Shown piece after piece: positions 31,775-38,346 of a stretch of 38,346 bases of DNA. The stretch is from Eubacteriales bacterium (GTDB lineage Bacteria > Bacillota > Clostridia > Oscillospirales > CAG-272), in the NCBI GenBank assembly GCA_045586105.1, contig JAZMZS010000097.1:1-38346 (forward strand), written 5' to 3'. The notes beneath the pieces are model-generated. The model had not been told where the DNA came from and searched no databases. It worked only from the letters and a program-made list of their open reading frames with translations. Positions within the stretch are counted from its first letter, which is position 1; every line of letters starts with the position of its first letter. A program made the position numbers and the translations under genes.

Positions 31775-32391
31775 TATACAAGGTCCTTCCGAAAACAGAT
31801 TTTATCCTTTGTTTGCTCTGCGATATCATATCCGAGCTTCTTATAAAAAGCAAGACCGCGGGGATTCGAGGTTTCACAGGTAAGATAGCAGACCTTATGA
31901 CCGTGCTCGAGCAGAACCTCGTTATACCTGTTTACCATTTCGACCGCTGCTCCCGTGCCGCGCATTTCCTTTGTGACACAGATAGAGAGAAGATCCCCCT
32001 CTCCCGTTTTGTCGATCGGGGAAGCCGTCTGCTCCTCGGCGGGAGCTTTTTTCCTGCTCAGGGTCTTTTTTACCTTGCCCCATGCAAGCTTATCAAAGCG
32101 CAGAAGCAGCCCGAGCACCTTCATCCCCATGGCAAGCCTGTTATTCTTCATAAAGTTGGATATGGCATTAGTCTTGCCAAGCACGTACCCCATAACGAAG
32201 CCGACCATCTTCCCCTCATCGTTTTCGCAAACAAGGAAAAGATGCGGAGCCTCCTTGTAAAACTCAAGATAGTACTTTGTCAGCAGTTTTTTTCCGAGTC
32301 GGGTGCTGAAGCTGTCGGGAAAGCATTCGGCGTGCACGTCGCATACCGTACCAAGATCCTGCTCCTGAGCCGCTCTTATAGTATAACCCAT
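31774..32391 (-). CDS. GNAT family N-acetyltransferase
   Basis: LLSICVTKEMRGTGAA (acetyl-CoA motif A), SNPRGLAFYKKLGY; stop overlaps the PGT start. Confidence 0.85.
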   Translation of the reverse strand: MGYTIRAAQEQDLGTVCDVHAECFPDSFSTRLGKKLLTKYYLEFYKEAPHLFLVCENDEGKMVGFVMGYVLGKTNAISNFMKNNRLAMGMKVLGLLLRFDKLAWGKVKKTLSRKKAPAEEQTASPIDKTGEGDLLSICVTKEMRGTGAAVEMVNRYNEVLLEHGHKVCYLTCETSNPRGLAFYKKLGYDIAEQTKDKICFRKDLV

Positions 32392-32436
32392 AATTGTTTC
32401 CTCTGATCAAATCAAATTCGGAGCATCTCTCCGTTG

Positions 32437-33654
32437 TTATTCTGCTAAAAGGCTGACGAGATTATCCGTAATATACTTCACATCCTCATCCGAGAGCAGT
32501 GTATGCAGAGGCAGCGTGACCTCTCTCTCGTAATGCGAGTATGCTCTCGGGTAGTCCTTTATATCGAATCCAAGATTTTTATACGCGCTGAGAAGCGGCA
32601 GGGGCTTATAATGGACGTTGGAGGTTATTCCCCTCTGAGCGAGAGAAACGATAAGTGCATTCCTCTTCTCGGTATCAAACCCGGGTATCTCCATTATATA
32701 AAGATGTCCGCTCGAACAGGAGGAGCCTTCGTAATGAGGCAGCACCTTAACTCCCAAAGGAAGCAATGCACTGTTGTACATTTCAATTATTTCTTTTCTT
32801 CTCGCAAGAAGCCCATCGTATCTGTCAAGCTGAACAAGTCCTATAGCAGCCGCATAGTCTGTCATATTGCACTTGTATGCGGGATAAACGATATCATACT
32901 CCCACGCACCAATCTGGGTCTTGGCAAGCGCATCCTTTGTCTGACCGTGAAGCGATGCAAGCATATATTGCTTGTAGAGCCATTCGTTGTCAATTCCGTC
33001 GATATCTCTCCAGCATACAGCACCGCCCTCACCTGTGGTAAAGTTTTTTACCGCGTGGAAGGAGAAGGAGGTAAAGTCAGCGACCTCCCCGCTCATTTTT
33101 CCGTCCTTTTTCGCACCAAAGCCGTGAGCGCTGTCGGATATAACAGCGATCCTGCCGAGCGCCTTCTGTATCGGATTATCGGAAGGAGCAAACACTCCCT
33201 TCTTCGCCTCTGCCACAGAGAAGATCTTATCGTAATCGCACATGCATCCACCGATATCGACGCACATGACCGCCTTTGTTTTTTCGTTTACAGCCTCTGC
33301 CATAAGGTCATAGTCCATTTCGAGGCTGTCGGTCTGGCAATCCACTATACGCAGTGTAGCGCCGACATGGCATACAACAGAAGCGGTCGCGGTATATGTA
33401 TAAGCGGGAACGATGACCTCGTCTCCCGCGCCTACTCCGAGAATTCTCAGCGTAAGCTCCATTGCCGCAGTAGCGGAATTGAGGCAGACGGCTCTTGAAG
33501 TATGTACGTAGTGCGCTATTCTCTCTTCAAGAAGCTTTGTTCTCTTGCCTGTGGTTATCCAGCCGCTTCTGAGGGCAGCACAAACCTCTTCTATCTCCGC
33601 CTCGGTAATATCGGGGGGAGAAAACGGAATGTTTCTGATAGCTAATTCGCTCAT
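32437..33654 (-). CDS. DegT/DnrJ/EryC1/StrS PLP-dependent sugar aminotransferase (AATGal-synthesis type)
   Basis: NIPFSPPDI, SGWITTG, LNSATAA, SDSAH, SFHAVKNFTTGEGG, YKCNMTD; start set at ATG 33654. Confidence 0.93.
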   Translation of the reverse strand: MSELAIRNIPFSPPDITEAEIEEVCAALRSGWITTGKRTKLLEERIAHYVHTSRAVCLNSATAAMELTLRILGVGAGDEVIVPAYTYTATASVVCHVGATLRIVDCQTDSLEMDYDLMAEAVNEKTKAVMCVDIGGCMCDYDKIFSVAEAKKGVFAPSDNPIQKALGRIAVISDSAHGFGAKKDGKMSGEVADFTSFSFHAVKNFTTGEGGAVCWRDIDGIDNEWLYKQYMLASLHGQTKDALAKTQIGAWEYDIVYPAYKCNMTDYAAAIGLVQLDRYDGLLARRKEIIEMYNSALLPLGVKVLPHYEGSSCSSGHLYIMEIPGFDTEKRNALIVSLAQRGITSNVHYKPLPLLSAYKNLGFDIKDYPRAYSHYEREVTLPLHTLLSDEDVKYITDNLVSLLAE

Positions 33655-33726
33655 GATAATACCTCTCAATCAAGTTGTTTGCTGATGTGATCTTTGTTTT
33701 GCGCAGCAGAGCGTGCTGCTTGTGTC

Positions 33727-35613
33727 TTATTCCTTTCCCTTTTTGGGAGCAAGTATAGTAGAAGGAACGTATGTATCAACGATATCGAGAACAAGTTCTC
33801 TTATGTTGTCGCAGTTATCGTAGCACGCATACTTAAGTTTTTCGAGCTTTGTGTAGAAGGTGGTATCCTCGATCTCTATCGGCTTTCCGATGTAGATAAG
33901 CTCGTTGTCCGTCTTTGAAAGTCCTTCCTCACCCATCAAAAGCTCCTCATAAAGCTTCTCGCCGGGACGAAGACCCGTGTATTCGATCTTGATATCGACA
34001 TCGGGCTCGTAGCCCGAAAGTCTGATAAGGTTTCTGGCAAGGTCATCGATCTTGACGGGAGCTCCCATATCGAGAACGAAGATCTCGCCTCCCTTGGCAT
34101 AATACCCTGCCTGAAGTACAAGGGAAACAGCCTCGGGAATAGTCATAAAGTATCTGATTATGTCGGGATGAGTAACGGTAACAGGACCCCCCTCCTCGAT
34201 CTGTCTCTTGAACAGGGGAATAACAGAGCCGTTCGAGCCGAGAACATTACCGAATCTTACGGCAACAAAATCCGTCTCGCTCGTTTTGTCAAAGGTCTGC
34301 ACGATCATTTCACAAAGTCGCTTGGATGCGCCCATGATATTCGTAGGATTGACCGCTTTATCGGTGGAAATAAGGACAAACTTCTCCGCCTGATACTTTA
34401 TAGCGCAGCTCGCAGTCTTGAAGGTTCCGAAAACATTGTTCTTTATAGCCTCATTGGGACTATTTTCCATAAGAGGAACGTGCTTATGAGCGGCTGCATG
34501 GTAAACTATCTGAGGACGGTATTCCTTGAAGACGGAATCCATCCTTCTCGTGTCACGCACAGATGCAATAATCACGTGAAGATCAAGCTCGGGGTACTTT
34601 CTGACAAGCTCCTGCTGAATATCGTATGCATTATTCTCATATATATCAAGTATGATAAGTCGCTTGGGATTATGAGAGGCGATCTGCCTGCAAAGCTCGC
34701 TTCCGATAGATCCGCCGCCACCGGTGACCATTATTACCTTTCCCGAAAGCTCATCAAGTATTTCATCGAGGTTGACCTTGATAAGATCGCGTCCGAGCAG
34801 ATCCTCTACCTTAACATCTCGAATAGCACCGGTCACTATCTGACCTGTCACCATTTTCTCTATACTGGGAAGGATCTTCAAAGTGCAATTAACACTCTTG
34901 CAGACATTGAGGATATTACGCTTCTCCTCTGCCGAAATATTCGTGATGGCAAAGATTATCTGCTCGATCTCGAATTTCTGTGCAGCCTGGAGAATAGCCG
35001 TTCTGTCCCCCACAACGGGAACACCGTCGATATGACAACCCGTTTTCTCGGGATCATCATCTATTATGCATACGGGATTTATAAAAATATCGGGATTGTT
35101 GAGATACTCCCCGATAACGGTTCTGCCCGCATTACCCGCACCGATGATCATGGTGTTTATCATATTACCTCTGTGAGACTTTACCCTGACAGAGGAACGG
35201 ACGAATCTCATTATACGCAGAGATCCGCGGGAAAGAAGAACAAACATAAACTGTGTCATAAAAGACATACAGTAAACAGACCACGGAAATCTGCCGTAAA
35301 GCCCCCAGGTAAGAGCAAGCCCGACTACGTTTGAAACGATAACGGCAATGCAAACCTTACCGATCTCGTTCAATCCGAAATAATTCCACAGCATGTTATA
35401 AAGCTGGCAAAGCCAATAGACCGCAACCGAAATACAAGCAACAGTCAGACACGCCTGCGGAAGCACCTCAACATACTGGGGCTCGATCGATGAATATCTG
35501 AAATCGAACCTGGCAAGCAGGGCAAGAAAAAACGATCCCGCTGCAACCAGAAGATCAAGTAAAACAAATATCAAAGCGTAAAAAACCTTTTTTGATGTTA
35601 TCTTTTTCAACAT
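33727..35613 (-). CDS. Membrane-anchored UDP-GlcNAc 4,6-dehydratase (CapD/PglF family)
   Basis: N-terminal TM helices, IIGAGNAG, VTGGGGSIGSELCRQ, HAAAHKHVP, ISTDKAVNPTNIMGASKR, RFGNVLGS; start set at ATG 35613 (GGAGG RBS); the longer ORF-track start runs through the promoter. Confidence 0.93.
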   Translation of the reverse strand: MLKKITSKKVFYALIFVLLDLLVAAGSFFLALLARFDFRYSSIEPQYVEVLPQACLTVACISVAVYWLCQLYNMLWNYFGLNEIGKVCIAVIVSNVVGLALTWGLYGRFPWSVYCMSFMTQFMFVLLSRGSLRIMRFVRSSVRVKSHRGNMINTMIIGAGNAGRTVIGEYLNNPDIFINPVCIIDDDPEKTGCHIDGVPVVGDRTAILQAAQKFEIEQIIFAITNISAEEKRNILNVCKSVNCTLKILPSIEKMVTGQIVTGAIRDVKVEDLLGRDLIKVNLDEILDELSGKVIMVTGGGGSIGSELCRQIASHNPKRLIILDIYENNAYDIQQELVRKYPELDLHVIIASVRDTRRMDSVFKEYRPQIVYHAAAHKHVPLMENSPNEAIKNNVFGTFKTASCAIKYQAEKFVLISTDKAVNPTNIMGASKRLCEMIVQTFDKTSETDFVAVRFGNVLGSNGSVIPLFKRQIEEGGPVTVTHPDIIRYFMTIPEAVSLVLQAGYYAKGGEIFVLDMGAPVKIDDLARNLIRLSGYEPDVDIKIEYTGLRPGEKLYEELLMGEEGLSKTDNELIYIGKPIEIEDTTFYTKLEKLKYACYDNCDNIRELVLDIVDTYVPSTILAPKKGKE

Positions 35614-35698
35614 ATATTCCTCCAAAGATAAGAAGCCGCAAGCTGCAGCATTGATAAAAATGCAAATGTTATCTCTTATAATTAATTCAAACATATAT

Positions 35699-35727
35699 AT
35701 AATAGCATAATAAGAAGTAAATTTCAA
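35699..35727 (-). promoter_or_regulatory. SigmaA promoter of the polysaccharide operon
   Basis: Minus strand TTGAAA-N17-TATTAT with extended TGn, about 85 nt upstream of the CapD-family start. Confidence 0.65.
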
Positions 35728-36167
35728 TATATCAAGGCAAATAAAAGTTTGTGCACAAGTGACAAATATTAACAGAGAAATAATAAGCAGCCGGCAAAAG
35801 AGAGAGGCGAAGAAGCAAAAAAAATGCAAGATTCGAATTCCATTTCAAGAAACTCGCACCGTGTCTGTTCCGTTTGTGGTATTTTGTATCGAATGTTTTG
35901 CAAAAACAGTTCCACATCCGGCTTGTGCAAAAACTCGTGACAGAATGACAACACCGTATTTTAAGAATACGCCTCACCCTGCAAGCACCAAAATGATTGC
36001 CGCAAAAGCGTAGCAACTCAGAGGAAACGCTATCCGCACTGCATCTCCATCTGCACATAACTGCAGCAGGGGCTCATTTTTTTCTGCTGATCAGCTTCAG
36101 TTCCAAAGCACGACCTTTTCGATCCCTATTTTTTGCTCAGATGCATGCGTAAAGTGTGCATCTGAGC

Positions 36168-36210
36168 AAAAAAATAAGCACGGCGACGTTAATCAATCAC
36201 CGTGCTTATC
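36168..36210 (-). terminator. Intrinsic terminator of tRNA-Pro
   Basis: Minus strand ATAAGCACGG...CCGTGCTTAT followed by a T-run directly after the CCA end. Confidence 0.7.
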
Positions 36211-36286
36211 TGGTCTGAGTGACAAGACTTGAACTTGCGGCCTCTACCACCCCAAGGTAGCGCGCTACCAGCTGCGCCACACCCAG
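36211..36286 (-). tRNA. tRNA-Pro (anticodon GGG)
   Basis: 76 nt: acceptor stem CTGGGTG/CACTCAG plus ACCA, D-arm GCGC-AGCTGGTA-GCGC, anticodon arm CTACC-TTGGGGT-GGTAG, T-loop GTTCAAG. Confidence 0.96.
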
Positions 36287-36309
36287 ATTGCTCTCCTGAG
36301 CACTCGGAC

Positions 36310-36338
36310 ATTATAGCACAAGCTCTTTGGGTTGTCAA
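36310..36338 (-). promoter_or_regulatory. Consensus sigmaA promoter of tRNA-Pro
   Basis: Minus strand TTGACA-N17-TATAAT with extended TG. Confidence 0.85.
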
Positions 36339-36427
36339 GTACTTTTTTCGATTTTTTGAAACTTTTTTCTTGACCGCTTTTCCTCGCTCGGAGCAGTACA
36401 GAAATATCTCCGATAATAAAAAAATAT

Positions 36428-36445
36428 TTGTGAAAAACTTGTCAA
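36428..36445. promoter_or_regulatory. Putative Rex operator (upstream copy)
   Basis: TTGTGAAAAACTTGTCAA, two mismatches to TTGTGAA-N4-TTCACAA. Confidence 0.5.
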
Positions 36446-36471
36446 TTACCGTTTTTTTTGCTCAAAATCTA

Positions 36472-36500
36472 TTGAAATATTATTAGATTTGATGTATAAT
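36472..36500 (+). promoter_or_regulatory. SigmaA promoter of the hydrogenase cluster
   Basis: TTGAAA-N17-TATAAT. Confidence 0.8.
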
Positions 36501-36504
36501 CGGA

Positions 36505-36522
36505 TTGTGTGTAAATACACAA
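36505..36522. promoter_or_regulatory. Putative Rex operator over the transcription start
   Basis: 18-bp TTGTG-N8-CACAA (TTGTGTGTAAATACACAA) just downstream of the -10. Confidence 0.7.
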
Positions 36523-36560
36523 TAAATTTTAGATTCCGTTAAGGAGGAAAACGATCAATC

Positions 36561-37058
36561 ATGAAAAAGAAAAAGACCACTGTAGCGTTTAACGGAACGC
36601 CCGAACAGGAGGCTGCTCTCGACCTTTACATCGCTGAGCACAAGGACGAGAAGGGCGCACTCATGCCCGTTCTTCAGAAGGCACAGGAGATCTACGGTTA
36701 TCTTCCTATCGAGGTTCAGCGTCACATTGCACTTGCTATGGACGTTCCGCTCGAAGAGGTATACGGTGTTTCCACCTTCTACTCTCAGTTCTCTCTCAAC
36801 CCCAAGGGCAAGGTCGCTATCGCAGTTTGTCTCGGTACCGCTTGCTACGTTAAGGGCTCGGGAGATATTCTCGACAGGATCACTCAGGAGATAGGCGTTG
36901 CTGCCGGAGAGACCTCTGCTGACGGCTACTACTCTGTAGATGCTACCAGATGCATCGGCGCATGCGGACTTGCTCCCGTTCTCACCATTAATGACGAGGT
37001 ATACGGTAGACTCGTTCCCAATGATATGCCGGGCATTCTTGCAAAATACAAGGCATAA
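36561..37058 (+). CDS. NuoE/HydC/HndA-like [2Fe-2S] subunit of an NADH-dependent [FeFe]-hydrogenase
   Basis: LQKAQEIYGYLP, VSTFYSQF, VCLGTACYVKG, RCIGACGLAP; AGGAGG RBS. Confidence 0.92.
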   Translation: MKKKKTTVAFNGTPEQEAALDLYIAEHKDEKGALMPVLQKAQEIYGYLPIEVQRHIALAMDVPLEEVYGVSTFYSQFSLNPKGKVAIAVCLGTACYVKGSGDILDRITQEIGVAAGETSADGYYSVDATRCIGACGLAPVLTINDEVYGRLVPNDMPGILAKYKA

Positions 37059-37105
37059 TTCAAATCTGCAATAATCTATTCTTTTAGCTTTAAGGAAGTT
37101 TACAA

Positions 37106-37459
37106 ATGAAGATATCCACATTGACTGAGCTGCTCGACGCAAAGATCGTCTGCGGAGAGGAAAGCATCGGAAAGCACGTATATTCCGCATGCGGAAGCGA
37201 CATGATGAGTGACGTACTCGCTTACGTAAAGGATCAGGCGGTCCTTTTAACGGGTCTCGTTAACACTCAGGTCGTGCGTACCGCTATGATGATGGACATG
37301 GTATGCGTCGTTTTCGTAAGAAACAAGATGCCAACCGATGAGATGATCGAGCTTGCACGCGACCACGGACTTGTTCTCATAACTACAGAAAAGAGAATGT
37401 ACGACGCTTGCGGTATTCTCTATACCGCAGGTCTGACAGGAAACGGAGACAGATCATGA
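37106..37459 (+). CDS. DRTGG-domain protein (hydrogenase-associated)
   Basis: ACGSDMMSDVLA, LLTGLVNTQVVRTA; typical context in clostridial hydrogenase clusters. Confidence 0.8.
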   Translation: MKISTLTELLDAKIVCGEESIGKHVYSACGSDMMSDVLAYVKDQAVLLTGLVNTQVVRTAMMMDMVCVVFVRNKMPTDEMIELARDHGLVLITTEKRMYDACGILYTAGLTGNGDRS

Positions 37460-37878
37460 GTGAACAGCTGCATTTCCACTTTGACGTGGACGGCAACGAC
37501 TTCACAAGTGCAGGGCACGCCTCTGTCAGCGTGAAGAAAAATCTGCGCCGTCTCGGCCTTGATCCCGAGACGATAAGGAAGGTTTCCATCGCCATGTACG
37601 AGGGAGAGATCAATATGGTCATCCATGCGGGCGGCGGTGTAGCCGATGTGTACGTAGACGAGGAAAAGGTCACTATCGTGCTCGAGGACAACGGCCCCGG
37701 AATCGAAAACATCGAGCTTGCTATGAAGGACGGTTATTCTACCGCACCCGACAATATCCGCTCTCTTGGTTTCGGTGCGGGAATGGGACTGCCGAACATG
37801 AAGCGTTACTCCGATACTCTCGAGCTTGAATCCGAGCTCGGACACGGTACCAAGGTAACGATGACTGTCAACATCTGA
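37456..37878 (+). CDS. Anti-sigma-factor-type Ser/Thr kinase (HATPase_c, RsbW/RsbT-like)
   Basis: YEGEINMVIHA (N box), DNGPGI (G1), GYST, GFGAGMGLPNMKR (G2); start at ATG 37456 overlaps the upstream stop. Confidence 0.88.
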   Translation: MSEQLHFHFDVDGNDFTSAGHASVSVKKNLRRLGLDPETIRKVSIAMYEGEINMVIHAGGGVADVYVDEEKVTIVLEDNGPGIENIELAMKDGYSTAPDNIRSLGFGAGMGLPNMKRYSDTLELESELGHGTKVTMTVNI

Positions 37879-37917
37879 GCACACTTCTCACTTTATTCTT
37901 AAGGAAGGTGGACAAGA

Positions 37918-38346
37918 ATGGAAAAATATATGCATTCCGTTTCACTCGACGTGAATAAATGTACAGGGTGTACCACGTGCCTCCGCCACTGTCCTACCGA
38001 GGCTATACGTATAAAGGACGGCAGAGCTGTGATCGACGGCGAGAGATGTATCGACTGCGGCGTATGCATCCGCATCTGCCCGCACAAGGCAAAAAAAGCT
38101 ACCTGCGGCGCTCTTGAGGATATAGCACAGTTCAAATACAAGATAGCTCTCCCCGCCCCGACGCTCTACGGGCAGTTTGAATCTCTCGAGGATGCAGATT
38201 ACGTCATCCAAGGGATATACGACCTCGGATTTGATTACGTCTACGAGGTCGCGGCTGCGGCTGAGCTCGTATCCGCTTACACCCGCACGTATATGAACAC
38301 CCCCGGCATAAACAAGCCCGTTATCAGCTCTGCGTGTCCTGTAGTT
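37918..38346 (+). CDS. Ferredoxin-domain [FeFe]-hydrogenase-like protein (putative sensory/regulatory type), 3' end outside the window
   Basis: Own translation, absent from the ORF track because no stop is reached: MEKYMHSVSLDVNKCTGCTTCLRHCPTEAI...CIDCGVCIRICPH...ALPAPTLYGQF...YEVAAAAE...PVISSACPVV; GGAAGGTG RBS. Confidence 0.8.
   Translation, partial: MEKYMHSVSLDVNKCTGCTTCLRHCPTEAIRIKDGRAVIDGERCIDCGVCIRICPHKAKKATCGALEDIAQFKYKIALPAPTLYGQFESLEDADYVIQGIYDLGFDYVYEVAAAAELVSAYTRTYMNTPGINKPVISSACPVV

Noticed and set aside
33702-33720. Small hairpin GCAGCA-GAGCG-TGCTGC between the dehydratase and aminotransferase genes (another near 32418-32434)
   Set aside because: No U-tract on the coding strand, so not a terminator; at most an mRNA stability element.
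32503-35334. Long plus-strand ORFs of 331 and 388 aa (also 18485-19375 and 30001-30831)
   Set aside because: Antisense to clear polysaccharide genes and without recognisable domains.
35614-35829. 72-aa hydrophobic N-terminal extension of the CapD-family ORF
   Set aside because: It spans the predicted promoter and leader; a GGAGG RBS supports ATG 35613.
35759-36058. Short ORFs of 84, 108 and 61 aa in the intergenic region
   Set aside because: No clear RBS or motif, overlapping on both strands; not supportable as genes.
18326-36286. Polysaccharide locus as a tRNA-integrated genomic island
   Set aside because: No integrase or transposase, and I found no copy of the tRNA-Pro 3' end at the ugd boundary.

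Overview
Chromosomal window from an anaerobic Firmicute (Clostridia-like; inferred from glgD, the CIRCE operator, Rex boxes and sigmaA promoters). Left to right it holds: (1) a glycogen operon, glgB-like/glgC/glgD/glgA/glgP plus a GH13 pullulanase-type hydrolase; (2) groES-groEL with a CIRCE operator; (3) an Ala/Gly:cation symporter, homoserine dehydrogenase, a TIGR01212 radical SAM protein and an atypical EF-G paralogue; (4) a 16-gene, ~17 kb minus-strand Wzx/Wzy surface-polysaccharide locus; (5) tRNA-Pro(GGG); and (6) the start of a probably Rex-controlled [FeFe]-hydrogenase regulatory cluster, truncated by the window end. Two things stand out. First, the full-length GlgB homologue has all three GH13 catalytic positions substituted, so it is a candidate pseudoenzyme. 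Second, the polysaccharide locus combines an AATGal-type initiation module with an inserted GNAT, a GLCE-like glucuronyl C5-epimerase, and a pyruvyl-transferase + ferredoxin + FrhB-like trio that could make lactyl-ether sugars. All calls come from manual motif reading and recalled family knowledge; no searches were run. No CRISPR array, rRNA or mobile element was seen.
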